This document shows, piece by piece, positions 12,057 to 23,935 of a stretch of DNA of 53,047 nt. Position 1 is the first letter of the stretch. Each line of letters opens with the position of its first letter. The position numbers and the translations under genes were made by a program. The notes beneath the pieces were generated by a model that was not told where the DNA came from, ran no database searches, and saw only the letters and a list, made by a program, of their open reading frames with translations. Origin of the DNA: Nemertoderma westbladi (lineage: Eukaryota > Animalia > Xenacoelomorpha). The stretch spans positions 1 through 53,047 of the forward strand of contig JAUCBJ010000152.1 in assembly GCA_032718475.1 (NCBI GenBank), written 5' to 3'.

Positions 12057-15000
12057 AATAATATATCAAACCAATATTATATATAATATAATATATATCA
12101 TATTAAATTGCTTAATTACAAAACGTACATTTATCACATGATTGACTATGAAGTGAATGAATCAGGCCTTGGAAATTATTTTTTAGAATACAGTATTTCA
12201 TAAATATTTATAAATTTTAGGTATGGTATATACTATACCGGTACTTAGTATATACCGAATGGCTGCAATGAAATGGCAGTTTTGGACCTGAGCTACCTAC
12301 AGGCACTAATTTGGCAAAAAATATGGCTAGCTCTGATAAAATATATATATATATATATATACTGTTAAATAATGGGTAGAAATCAGACAACTATAATGAA
12401 ACGGTGGTGATTTCATGTAATGATTTACATGAACAATTTCAAAACATTATTTAATATGATAGAACAATATTATAATGTGAATAATATCATTTAAAAGAAG
12501 GTTAAACAAAGACACTATTACCAATATAATTGCAATCCTATGAATTAGTGCTTTATTCAATACAGACTCAAGTGATACATTTTCTAATTCAGAAGCGAAT
12601 ATATAAACGAAGGATGGAATAATGTAATAGCTGCACTTGCTGCTGGTTACTATTTTAGTCATTCGGGTTATTTAGGGATTTGAAAGATTTACTGACTCCA
12701 CTATTTCTCCATTGTTCTACATGCGATATGTATAGATTAGATATGTAGGCCTATCACAAAGCACGGGGGGGGGGGGGGGGTGGTCATCACATCACACTTG
12801 TATGTGACAGACATATATACATTAAATATTATATAATAATTGATATTGATATATTTTAAAATAATAGAGACAATGGATGGTAATCCTAACATACATATCA
12901 ACATATAAAGTAGGCCTACTTGTTATGCATATGTTTGTTTATGTTATGTGACTTAACAACACTCCAGTATATATATAATAAGAAATATCAAATTAATGCA
13001 TGTTGATGATATAATCAATCCAAGAGTAAAATAAAACATAAAAGTACTAAACATAAGCAGTATAGTATATTGCTGATATCTAAGATAGAGATCAATATGC
13101 AAAGATTTCCGATGAATATAATAACAATTCTTAATTTTTAAAATATATTATATATCTTTAATATCCTTATCCTAAAATAGGGGTGCTGGGGTGCATATAT
13201 ATATTACATGGTATTGTCACAAATAATATAATCTAAAATGTTTTAAATATTAGTATATCCATAGGGAATACAAATAGCCAGTACCAGTACCAGTACCAGT
13301 AACCAAACCAACTTCTCTCAAAATAAATGAAGGTATATAATTTGATTATAAAATAAAGTTAAATGATTCCAGCTTGATTGTCAACCAATAATATATCATT
13401 AACATTAATATTGTAACGAAAAATTATAAGTTTACAATATAGTACTGGTATTATATATATAATTGAGTATGTCCATTATGAATATTGTAAAACACACGTA
13501 TACAAAGAAAGTTTCTAAATTGATTTAAATGGAATGCTGAACAGATGGTCGGATATATGTTATATATTTTCTCAATTTGCACATAAGACCAAAATTATTA
13601 TGTAAAACCCATAGGATACATGATTGTAAAATATTGAATGATATCAATGACAAGCTATTGCACATTATACTACAAAATAAAGCCCAAGCACTGCCAATTT
13701 ATGTATGGTTTTATTATTGGGCAATAATCTTAAATATTAACTTAGTCAGATAAAATGCACAACAAGAAGGTTGCACTGTGGCATGGAAACTTACTTAACA
13801 GCCCCCCCATAATACATTGTATTAAAATAATAATAACATGGTGGTATACTAATAATCACAGGTATCGGTATATGTTCAAGCTCCAATTGTTTTACTCAAT
13901 TCATCAATGTAATATAAATACCAGTAAAAAAAATATATAATATAATATTAGTATATAATTGCAATCATATGTTATATTAACTGACTAATAAGACAGTGTA
14001 TCAAGCCCAATACATTTTTCGCTTCAATTTTAATGTAAAAATTAATAGTGATAAATATGTTAAAAAGAAAAAACACCATTTACAACAATCGCAATTATAT
14101 ACTATTTTTATATTATATTTATAATGTATGGTACATCAATAAATAAAACATCATAGCAAGGTTCAATGAAATAACTTTCTCACATTCTTAATAGTATGTA
14201 TTATGGGTACTCTGTACGTCCAGTTCATCCTTCCTTGTGCAATTAGAAGGGTTAGCCCTATATATAGCCTATATATATCTAGCAAATGAAAATATTCCTC
14301 AACAACAGTATAAATCTTCTATTACTAAGGTTTCCGTTTCAAGTCAGCATTTTCAGTGGTTTACTGTTGCTCATACTATAATGTTAAAAATTTAATGAGA
14401 AATGTCAAATTCAAGAATCAAATCAAATAATTGAAATACTTTTCAAGATAGTACCATGGTGTATACATAAAGAAATCAGAATTATATACTAATATGACAC
14501 AGTGCTAATTCTAGTATATACTGGATAGGTAGATATATAATATATACATTATATAGTAAACATATTATATACCCTAATAACCCAATAAAAATAAAATACC
14601 CAAACCCATCAAGTTAACACATAATTTCAAGAACACCACACAAGTCAAATTTTGTATGCGATTCCAATATGGTCAAACAACTGAATGGACTCATATGATC
14701 AATGGTCAAACAACTGAACCGAATAGGACTATAAAAAAGTGTATATGCAATATGCACACCAAGATACCATACATAGTAATAAGCAAATAACTATGTTGTA
14801 TGTCTGTAATTAAAGTAACAGGTGTGGTGAAGTGTTTCAGGTAATGGTACAGTATATATTTTCATTATCACAATAAGATCACCAGACCATGAGTGCAAAT
14901 TAACTTTAAACATTGTACTATATTATATATCTGTATAGTATATAGGCTTAAGAGTAAAAACAAGTAATATGTCTGTCTAACTGGTCCTCCAGTCAATTAA

Positions 15001-15141
15001 TAACAAATATTCCTCCAAAATGATAAGATAATATTGCAGTAAAAGTTGTTCACAAACTGACTGAGTAACTGCCATACAAACAGACAAATGTTCACAAACA
15101 ACACTCCAAAATATAAAGGCCAATGTCCAATATGAATGTTT

Positions 15142-16422
15142 TTACTGGTCTTCACCAGACTCATCGTCTTCATCAGAATCATCATCTTCCTGAAGCGATC
15201 CCTGCTGAGCTACCACCATCTGCTGCTGCTGCATGTGATATTGCAGCTGTCCAGCATGCAACTGCTGCTGCGCAAGTTGCTGCTGCTGCTGTTGCAATTG
15301 TTGCTCATGTTGCAAACGTATTTGCTGGTGATCATGGTCTTGTTGAATGCGCATTTGCTGTTGCTGATCATTAGGGTCCTGTTGTTGCTGTTGCATTCGA
15401 AGTAGTTCTTGTTGTTGTTGAATAAGGTGCAAATGTTGCTGTTGTTGCTGCTGCATCTGCAACTGCTGCTGCAACTGTAATTGCTGCAATTGTTGTTGCT
15501 GAGAAAGTTGTTGAGATGAGTTTGCGGGTGGTGGTGTATCTGCTGCCTGAGCCAAGGACCCACTTGAACTTGGTATGCTTGGTTGATTATGATTACCGGT
15601 ATCTGGAACAGCCGGTTTATCCTTAATTTTCCCTGACTTACCCCTGTCGTATTCTTCTTTTACAAGCTGGTACTTTGCCTTCTCTTCTTGAGCCCGAAGT
15701 GCATACTTTGCTTTAGTCTCAGGGTCTATAGCGCGCCACATAGCTCCAAGCTCCACACTAAACTTAGCAACAGACCAGTCTGGATGTTCTTCTCGGAGTT
15801 TGGGACGGTTATCCCCAGAAAATATAAAGAATGCAGACTGTGCACGCTTGGGGGCATCAGGATCTTTTTTCCTTCCCTTAACTTTGCCTCCCATCATTTC
15901 AACATCCCTCTTATATCGAGCTTTATCGTTCTCAGACATATCATTATAAGGACCCTTATCTTCTATAGACATTGCATTCCATTTGGAAGAACAAGCATTA
16001 CTAAATTCCTTAAAATCAACACTTCCTCCTGGGTCAGCTACTTTAATCCGCTCTCGCTCCATCTTCACAAAGAAGGCATAAGCAGACATTCGACCTTTTG
16101 GCTTGGCATCTTCCTTCTTTTGGGGTTGTTTTACAGTAACGCGTGATGGTGCAGCTGCTGCCGGAGGCTGTACCATATACTGCGGGGCAGCTACCATCTG
16201 TTGTGTTCCAACTGCAGGGGTTTGGGCAGCAAGTTGAATCCCAAGTTGTTGAGCCCCAGCTGGAGCAGTTGCATACAACTGAGGCGGATTTGAAACATAT
16301 TGAGGTGCAGCCACGCCCGCGCCTGATGCTTGAGCAGCTGCGAACTGCTGAGGTGTATACTGAACCATGCCTTGCACTGCTGCTGCGCCATATTGCGCAA
16401 TGGCTCCTTGAAACCAATCCAT
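15142..16422 (-). CDS. HMGB/DSP1-like double HMG-box protein, paralogue 2 (426 aa), single ORF, C-terminal polyQ and acidic tail
   Basis: Same architecture and MDWFQG start as paralogue 1; linker KKDPDAPKR; tail EDDDSDEDDESGEDQ. Confidence 0.93.
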   Translation of the reverse strand: MDWFQGAIAQYGAAAVQGMVQYTPQQFAAAQASGAGVAAPQYVSNPPQLYATAPAGAQQLGIQLAAQTPAVGTQQMVAAPQYMVQPPAAAAPSRVTVKQPQKKEDAKPKGRMSAYAFFVKMERERIKVADPGGSVDFKEFSNACSSKWNAMSIEDKGPYNDMSENDKARYKRDVEMMGGKVKGRKKDPDAPKRAQSAFFIFSGDNRPKLREEHPDWSVAKFSVELGAMWRAIDPETKAKYALRAQEEKAKYQLVKEEYDRGKSGKIKDKPAVPDTGNHNQPSIPSSSGSLAQAADTPPPANSSQQLSQQQQLQQLQLQQQLQMQQQQQQHLHLIQQQQELLRMQQQQQDPNDQQQQMRIQQDHDHQQIRLQHEQQLQQQQQQLAQQQLHAGQLQYHMQQQQMVVAQQGSLQEDDDSDEDDESGEDQ

Positions 16423-17049
16423 TCTCGGATATACCCGGTATAAATATAATATTATATAATAAAAGGTTAATGTAATAAATAAATACTGGTAACTGCTGAA
16501 ATGTAGTACTAATAACAGCCTCCTACCGCTACCATACAGCCATAGATAATGGAGAATAAACAGGTTAAAGTTTAAAGGTAAAAGTGTGGGCCTACCGCTA
16601 CCGGCAAGTCGGTAACGGTAAAGGGCTGAATGGTACTGTGGTAGGTCGGTAGGCCTACCAGTCAGCCGGTATCAATCACCTATCAGCCTATATAGTATAT
16701 ACTAATACTGTACCGATAATTCGCAATAGGCCTACTGAAGTACCGGCACTGTAGTGTAGTGTACACATTAAGAAAAGCATTGTTTATTGCAGGTTTCAAT
16801 GCGTATCGGTTCCACTGAGTACCGACGGTTCGGTACCGTACTGAGATGTTGTGCAGTACATCTGCTGCGCGCGCCTCCACCTGTATGCTATTGTGAATAA
16901 AATTGTCGATTTATACACAGATACATACAGTACGGTCACGATGCAGTTGGTCACAGTACAGTAGTCCTGGTTCATAATGGTGTTCGCAAGGGTAATTCTG
17001 TCGTGATCATATCACGGCAGAACTGATATGTTGTGATTTTATAAGATAA

Positions 17050-17630
17050 TAGTCAATAGTGGTGTATCTAATGCCGGGGATAGCCCCAAGAGACAGAGTC
17101 TCGTTTCCATGGCAGCATGGGGGTCCCCAATATACAGTAGATAAGTAGGACATGTAAAAACACAAGGGTGAACTGCAGAACTGCCCTAGTGAGAAGTAAC
17201 ACGTGTGGGCATCAAGTTCGCGAGTTGCAGTATAAATACAATATTGAGTAAAAATAACTATACAGTTACAGTACTTTAATGCAGTAATGAAGATAGTTAA
17301 GTAAAAAATAGCTGCACATGAGGATACTATATCACTATATGACATAATTTAAAATTGTAGATAGATGGAAGTGACAGAGTAAAAACACAGCGGGGGCAGC
17401 GGTGAATAAAAAAATATATGAAACTGTAGGATAAAAAATAGAAATATTAGTGCGTTGTAGCATAAAAACAATGTTAAGTAAAAATAGCTGCACATGAGGA
17501 TACTATAACATAAATTTAAAATTGTACATAGGACGTGATAGAGTAAATAAACAATGGTGGATAAAAAATATATAACTGTATAAGACTGTAGGGTAAAGAT
17601 AGAAATATGGGCATCAAGTTCGTGCGTTGT
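17050..17630 (-). mobile_element. Probable LINE 3'-UTR fragment with internal duplication
   Basis: GTCTCGTTTCCATGG...GGGGTCCCC is shared with ~36266-36288 downstream of the L2/CR1 relic. Duplicated blocks GGGCATCAAGTTCG and GTTAAGTAAAAA(A)TAGCTGCACATGAGGATACTATA. Confidence 0.4.
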
Positions 17631-17755
17631 ACAACGCAACAATTGCATCGGCGCGTGGCATGTATAATAATTGGTTGGCGGTTGAAGTTGTTCAGAGGGC
17701 TTCGTGCAATATGAGAATGCCGAAAATAGGTGTTGAAACTGTTCAGAGGCCTTAT

Positions 17756-18241
17756 TGTGGTGATCAGCAGCAAGGACATACAAAATATGAAACACAACAA
17801 TATCAAATTACAAAAAACGTTATAAATAATATAACGCCATCTAGGGAAGTTTACAGGAAACAACAAAATTGCGCTAGAATAATCCTGACCGCTGATTGGA
17901 GGATAACAAAGAGGGATAGATAGGTAGGATAATACCGGTAAGTAGGTAATATATCAAGATATGGTCAGTACAATACAGTACCTACAGTAGTAGTTTAGAT
18001 TCGTGTTTCTTTTTGGATGTCTGACATCTGACTGTCTGATGTATGTACAGATGTATTTTGATTTATCTGTTTTGATTAGATTTATCTGCATTATTATGTT
18101 CTGATGTTATGAACTAACAAACTAATCGTTTTAGCCAGCCTGCCAGTTAACGGCAGATTTTCTTCAGGGAAACCAGAAAAACTAAGTGGTAGATTGCCAC
18201 GGAACCCGGGTTCGACCTTATCCTGTTATCCAGCTTTCACA
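17756..18241 (+). repeat. Gypsy 5' LTR
   Basis: TGTGGTGATC...CAGCTTTCACA; no differences from 24835-25320 seen by eye. Confidence 0.96.
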
Positions 18242-18243
18242 TT

Positions 18244-18260
18244 TGGGGGCTTGTCCGGGA
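18244..18260 (+). promoter_or_regulatory. Primer-binding site complementary to the tRNA-Pro 3' end
   Basis: TGGGGGCTTGTCCGGGA versus canonical Pro PBS TGGGGGCTCGTCCGGGA (one change, G:U-compatible); 2 nt after the LTR. Confidence 0.88.
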
Positions 18261-18427
18261 GGATTTTTTTTTCTTCCTGGTTGCTGCTGCTGGTTATAGA
18301 CTTGTTACTTGTACCGCAGTACCGTCAGACCGTTGGGCGTAGATATCGATTGTTGGTTATCGGTAAACTTGCTGACTTTGGACTTGTACCGGTAATATCA
18401 AGCATTCAGGCAGTCCACAGTCAGGGT

Positions 18428-21400
18428 ATGACAGACGTTTTTGGATTCGAGAACGATAGCGATAGTACCGGTAGTAGATGCGAAGGGTCTGACCAAACGC
18501 AAATAGCCGTCGGTCCGAGAGAAGAATCAAGTTGGACGGACATAAACTTAAATAGTCCGGCGGTTGTCGTTCCTGGTTCCGGTTGCGACCGTCCTAGATA
18601 TTCTGAAACGCAGTCTCACGGTAGGAATCGGTTTCCTGCAGTACCGGTACCAGGAGAAGGGGACGATTACATACATCCTAATAGAGAGCAGCAAGGTACC
18701 GATACCTGTATACAGCTTGAACGCGACGCACCGATAATGGCGGATATCAGGAAGGAACCAGAAATATTCGACGGGCGTGGAGATGTTGATTCCTGGGTTA
18801 GTGCATTACAGCGATTGGGACGTCTTCGAAGATGGAATTACGTGATGATGGGAAGGGTTGCTTCCGTTTATGTGTCAGGTACCGCGGCTCGCGTAATAGA
18901 AGAATTACCTACTGAACAACAAGTCGATTTTGATAGCGTAGTAGCCGCTCTGCGAGCTAGATTTAGGCCTTTACCCCCCGAGGTTATATGTAGTAAGCTG
19001 TTAGATTGTAGGCTTGGAATAAATGAAACTATAGAGGAGTATGTAGATAAACTCCAGAAATGGGGACAGCAAGCCTGGGTAGATATGAATGGTGCGCAAC
19101 GAGATCGGTTATTACTTACAGTTTTTTACAGAGGCATACCCTCTGATTTGGCTTTTAGGATTAGAAACAGCCATCCGCAATCGTTTGACGAGGCTGTACG
19201 TATGGCGCGTAATGAAGAAATTTATTTAGCGGAGGCGAACCATTTAAATTACGGAGATCAAGCTGGACGTATTGATCGAAATACCGGTATTGATTCTAAT
19301 AGGCCAAAGCATACCTTTTTGCAGGAAAGTGGTGTACATGGATATGTAAACAATACGGCGAGTTTTAATAGAAATTCTACTGTACCGAGTAGACCGGTTA
19401 CCGTTGATCCAAAAATAAATAAATTAGAAAGTGAGATACAAGAATTACGGAAACAAATTTCCGGTATGCAGTGCCAGCCAGCTCCTGTACGTCTGTTTAC
19501 TGCATGGAATAAGAGTAGAACAGATTCTGGTCCAAACCATTCTGAAAGGAGTAGTGATACATTAGCCTACAGTAGTGGTAGACCTGTAGATAGCCCTTAT
19601 TTGACTGAGCCAAGTAGGTCAATTATTCAAAGTGAACATTTTCAGGGAAGTAATAATATGACACCCCGTAGGAATGTAACATGTTTTAACTGCAATGAAT
19701 TTGGCCATTACAGTACCCAATGTCCCCAGCCGTTTGCTTCCCGTAATGTTCAGCCACGGAGAGATATTGTTTGTTTTAATTGTAACGAGTCTGGACATTA
19801 CAGTACCCATTGCCCAAGATCTCAAACATCCCGATTTAATAGATCGAGTGACGATGTGAGACGTACTTATCCATACAGACCGAGACCTTCCCCACTTAGT
19901 ACTGGTAGCAATATGTGTCAGCCATCCCAATATGTGCCACACCCTACTCCACCGCCCAGTAGGTTTAGTACGGATGCTGGTACACCGGCTTCGAGTTTTG
20001 AAAATAATCACATACGGTATACAACGCATACTAATCGCGATTGGTACATACCTATACATATAGGACGTACAAAGATGGTTGGTTTGGTAGATAGCGGTTC
20101 AGATTTTACTATAATGGATATACGTAAATTACCAAAGGATTGTGAACTGGGAGCCAGTAGTATACCATCTATTAAGGGTGTAGGAGGGTTAATACCAGTA
20201 TTAGGTGAAGTGCATCTACCGATTGTTATTACGTCAGACTTTAAAGTAGACATATTAGTGTATATTGGCGACTTACAGAAAATTGATGGTTCTGAAATTA
20301 TTTTTGGTAAAGATTTTATCTACCAAGCCTGTACCTCGTTTGATTTAGTAAAGCAATGTATGATTTTACGGAATAACGAGTGTGTTTATTTTTGTAGTCC
20401 ACCGACTCAGGTTATATCTAACTCAACCACAGAACACTATACTCGCCGTATAATTATGTCAGAAAAGAGGGTTACTATACCACCAGATTCACAGGCATAT
20501 ATTACAGGTTGTTTGAAGGGAAAGGGAAGTAATTGTAGCTTCCCAGCAGGACCAGTTTATATTGAACCTCTGTATCAGTCGAATACTCAAACCCTACTAG
20601 CACGTTGTATAATAGATCCAATTGATAGAGAACGTGTTACATTACAAGTTTTAAACCCAAACAATTCACCAGTTACTGTTTTTAAGAACCAGAAGGTAGC
20701 ATCATACTGTGACGTCACTAATTATACCTTGCGTACTTTAGAAAGTAGGGCTATCGGTACAGATAGTGTAGTTAATGATGTCAATGGTAAACAGATATTT
20801 TTACGTGAAGAATTAAAATTAGACCATTTAGACTCTGACAAACAAGCTGATGTATTGGACATTGTTGGACAGAATCCCCATTCATTTTCTTACAATGATT
20901 ATGACATAGGACGGACTACACTGTTACAACATTCTATACCTTTGAAACCTGATGCTAAACCGATACATGTAAAGCCTTATCCAATACCCGTAGCCATACG
21001 TCCAGAACTGAGAGAACGGTTAAGTAATTTACAACGTGTAGGAGTTATACAGCCGAGTACCAGTGAATGGTCTTCTCCTCTTATTATTGTTAAGGCACCT
21101 AATAAGCCATGGCGCTTAGCTATAGACTATAGGGGACTTAATTCAGTAGCGGTTCCTCAATTTTGGCCATTACCTAATATTGATTACATGTTAGCAGAAG
21201 TTGGGGCTGCCAGACCAGAATATTTCAGTGCTTTGGATTTTAAATCCATGTTTTGGCAAGTAGAGATTAATCCGGAGGATTATGCGAAGACCGCCTTTCA
21301 TACTCAGTGGGGAAACTTTGAGTTTCGTAGAATGCCGTTTGGGCTTCAGTCATCACCCAGTACGTGTCAGAGATTAATGCAACTAGGATTAGAAGGGATA

Positions 21401-23935
21401 GAATGTGCTTTAGTGTACATGGATGACCTGATATTGTATTCTAGAACGTGGGAACAGCACATAGAACTCATAGATATAGTACTACGGCGTATAAGTGAGT
21501 TAGGTCTCAAATTGAAACCATCTAAATGTTGTTTTGGAGCGAGTTCAATACACTTCCTAGGACACATTATTGATCGGGATGGTATACATACTGACCCTAA
21601 GAAAATAAGTACGATGGTCGATTTCCCCAGACCTACTTGTGTGAAAGACTTACAGAGTTTTCTGGGGCTGTGTGGATACTACAGGAAGTTTGTGAGAGAT
21701 TATGGCAAATTAGTACAACCATTGTATGGCCTAACTAAAGTAGGAGTGCCGTTTTACTGGAATGCAGATTGTGAACAAGCTTTTCTAGAACTCAAGAATC
21801 GACTCGTTTCATCGCCAATTTTATCCCACCCTGACTTTGAACGAGAGTTTACCTTAGAAACTGATGCCAGTGGATCTGGACTTGGCGCGATACTTTGCCA
21901 AGACGATAAGGTTATAGCTTATGCTTCGCGTTCCCTGACTTGTGCTGAAGCTAAGTGGTCGATTACGGAATTAGAGGGATTAGCAGTAGTTTGGGCCGTA
22001 GCTAAGTTTCGTTTTTATTTATTGGGTCGGCATTTTAAAGTGATTTCAGATCATAACCCCCTGCGATGCTTGTCTTGGGTTGGTGTCAATCGCCATATTA
22101 CGGGTCGTCTCCAAAGGTGGGCACTGAAACTGTCAGAATACGATTATACTTTTATTTATAAGCCCGGAAAGTTTAACAGGGCTGATTGCTTATCCCGAAT
22201 AAAAGTAGAACATCCTCTAGATACGACTAACACTGTAAACAATCACAGTAACGAACTCGATGTTGAACCATTTTGTTTAATTAATGTTCCTGTAATAAAC
22301 CCTGTAGACTCTACAGACGTGACTGGAGACACAGACAATTTGATGAATAACCAATCTAATGTAGTGAATGTAGATACCGATGAACTACAAGGTCTTGCAG
22401 ACTTATTTAGTTGCAATGGAACGGATTCGAAGGTTTGTAACCATGACTACCAGGATAAACAGAGTTCAGTAGCAAATGACGATGATGGATGTTCATCTTA
22501 CCGTGCTCCAGACACCTCAATACATGTAGATAGTTTCGCAGACGTTCAGTCTTCCTTACCTGTGTTACCTAGCAATGTGGAGTTTTGTAGTTTGTCCAGA
22601 CTACGTAAACTGCAGTTGGAAGATTCAAATATTAAGGTGATGGTAGAATATTTACAAACGGGAAATAAACCAGAATTTAATCGTAAGCTCTCTGAGTGTA
22701 AGAATATGGTAAAGTTACATACACAATATGTATTAGTAGATGGTATTCTATGTCACGTCTCGGATTGTAAGACAAATAAGACAATACAAGTAGTAGTACC
22801 TAAGTTACTACGTAGACAGGTACTACTTCAGTTCCATGACCTCAGGTCACACTTAGGAATTAATAAAACGTTGAATGACATTAAAGTAAAATTTTATTGG
22901 GTAAATCTCCGGGATGATGTAGCGCGGTACATACATAGTTGTGATCCTTGTCAACGACGTAAAGGTTCTACTAATATTCAACCATTAACTAGTTTACCAG
23001 CCCCCACCCGAGTTATGGAAAGATTATCTATTGATATCGTGAAAGGGTTTCCCACTAGTCCAACTGGTAATAAACTTGTTTTCACTATTACAGAACATTT
23101 AACCCGATATGTTGAACTATTACCTGTCCCTGACGAACAGGCTGAAACTTTAGTCAGGGAATTGGTAAATAAAATATTTTGTGTATACGGTGCAGCTGAG
23201 ATTATTTTATCGGATAGAGGTCCAAGTTTTACTTCGTCACTTTTCTCGGAACTGGAAAAAATATTTGGCATTGTTCGTGTGTTAACTTCAGCGTACCACC
23301 CACAATGCAATGGTCTTACTGAAAGGGTCAACCAATCCATGTGTAATATGTTAGCACTGACAGTTCGTAACCATGACAACTGGGAAGAAATGCTTCCCCT
23401 AGTACAATTTAATTATAACACTAGCGTACATTCTAGTATAGGGATGGCACCATTTACGTTGATGTTTGGTAGGGAGGCTCGTCTACCAATAGATACTCGT
23501 ATTGAGCGGCCTTATAGTTTGTTGGCTGACACAGCGACATACCCTGACGAATTACGTAAGAACTTACAAAATGCCCACAACTTAGTTAGAGAACAACTAA
23601 GTAAAGCACAGAATAAACAAAAACGCCTCCACGATCGTAAAGTGAAACAAAATTTGCAATCATTTGTGACAGGCGATAAAGTATTGTATTTTGATCGACG
23701 CGTTAAGCGCAAGAATAATAAGTTGCGGTTCCGTTTTACCGGACCCTATGTAGTGCTCCGTAAGCGTTCGCAGTTTTCATATGAATTACGTCCTGTACGG
23801 AAACGAGTTACACCACGAACTCCAGTGTTGGTAGTGAACGCGAAAGATTTAAAGTTATATCAAGTGCGTTCATCCGCTTGTGAAAGTAATAACCCTTCTA
23901 TGTCCAATGGACAAAGTGATGTCGACACACCTTAG
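18428..23935 (+). CDS. gag-pol: Gypsy Gag-Pol polyprotein (single frame)
   Basis: First ATG after the PBS is at 18428. Capsid-like PEIFDG..W, two CX2CX4HX4C knuckles, protease LVDSGS, RT MPFGL/YMDD, RNase H ETDAS, integrase HHCC + D,D(SDRG),E and GPY motif. No stops. Confidence 0.95.
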   Translation: MTDVFGFENDSDSTGSRCEGSDQTQIAVGPREESSWTDINLNSPAVVVPGSGCDRPRYSETQSHGRNRFPAVPVPGEGDDYIHPNREQQGTDTCIQLERDAPIMADIRKEPEIFDGRGDVDSWVSALQRLGRLRRWNYVMMGRVASVYVSGTAARVIEELPTEQQVDFDSVVAALRARFRPLPPEVICSKLLDCRLGINETIEEYVDKLQKWGQQAWVDMNGAQRDRLLLTVFYRGIPSDLAFRIRNSHPQSFDEAVRMARNEEIYLAEANHLNYGDQAGRIDRNTGIDSNRPKHTFLQESGVHGYVNNTASFNRNSTVPSRPVTVDPKINKLESEIQELRKQISGMQCQPAPVRLFTAWNKSRTDSGPNHSERSSDTLAYSSGRPVDSPYLTEPSRSIIQSEHFQGSNNMTPRRNVTCFNCNEFGHYSTQCPQPFASRNVQPRRDIVCFNCNESGHYSTHCPRSQTSRFNRSSDDVRRTYPYRPRPSPLSTGSNMCQPSQYVPHPTPPPSRFSTDAGTPASSFENNHIRYTTHTNRDWYIPIHIGRTKMVGLVDSGSDFTIMDIRKLPKDCELGASSIPSIKGVGGLIPVLGEVHLPIVITSDFKVDILVYIGDLQKIDGSEIIFGKDFIYQACTSFDLVKQCMILRNNECVYFCSPPTQVISNSTTEHYTRRIIMSEKRVTIPPDSQAYITGCLKGKGSNCSFPAGPVYIEPLYQSNTQTLLARCIIDPIDRERVTLQVLNPNNSPVTVFKNQKVASYCDVTNYTLRTLESRAIGTDSVVNDVNGKQIFLREELKLDHLDSDKQADVLDIVGQNPHSFSYNDYDIGRTTLLQHSIPLKPDAKPIHVKPYPIPVAIRPELRERLSNLQRVGVIQPSTSEWSSPLIIVKAPNKPWRLAIDYRGLNSVAVPQFWPLPNIDYMLAEVGAARPEYFSALDFKSMFWQVEINPEDYAKTAFHTQWGNFEFRRMPFGLQSSPSTCQRLMQLGLEGIECALVYMDDLILYSRTWEQHIELIDIVLRRISELGLKLKPSKCCFGASSIHFLGHIIDRDGIHTDPKKISTMVDFPRPTCVKDLQSFLGLCGYYRKFVRDYGKLVQPLYGLTKVGVPFYWNADCEQAFLELKNRLVSSPILSHPDFEREFTLETDASGSGLGAILCQDDKVIAYASRSLTCAEAKWSITELEGLAVVWAVAKFRFYLLGRHFKVISDHNPLRCLSWVGVNRHITGRLQRWALKLSEYDYTFIYKPGKFNRADCLSRIKVEHPLDTTNTVNNHSNELDVEPFCLINVPVINPVDSTDVTGDTDNLMNNQSNVVNVDTDELQGLADLFSCNGTDSKVCNHDYQDKQSSVANDDDGCSSYRAPDTSIHVDSFADVQSSLPVLPSNVEFCSLSRLRKLQLEDSNIKVMVEYLQTGNKPEFNRKLSECKNMVKLHTQYVLVDGILCHVSDCKTNKTIQVVVPKLLRRQVLLQFHDLRSHLGINKTLNDIKVKFYWVNLRDDVARYIHSCDPCQRRKGSTNIQPLTSLPAPTRVMERLSIDIVKGFPTSPTGNKLVFTITEHLTRYVELLPVPDEQAETLVRELVNKIFCVYGAAEIILSDRGPSFTSSLFSELEKIFGIVRVLTSAYHPQCNGLTERVNQSMCNMLALTVRNHDNWEEMLPLVQFNYNTSVHSSIGMAPFTLMFGREARLPIDTRIERPYSLLADTATYPDELRKNLQNAHNLVREQLSKAQNKQKRLHDRKVKQNLQSFVTGDKVLYFDRRVKRKNNKLRFRFTGPYVVLRKRSQFSYELRPVRKRVTPRTPVLVVNAKDLKLYQVRSSACESNNPSMSNGQSDVDTP

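Noticed and set aside
10715-16475. Overlapping antisense and alternative-frame ORFs around the HMG genes
   Set aside because: Shadows of CAG/CAA-rich coding sequence with no independent motifs.
18194-18427. N-terminal 78 aa of the 1913-aa ORF
   Set aside because: Starts at a TTG inside the LTR and runs through the PBS; the first plausible ATG is at 18428.
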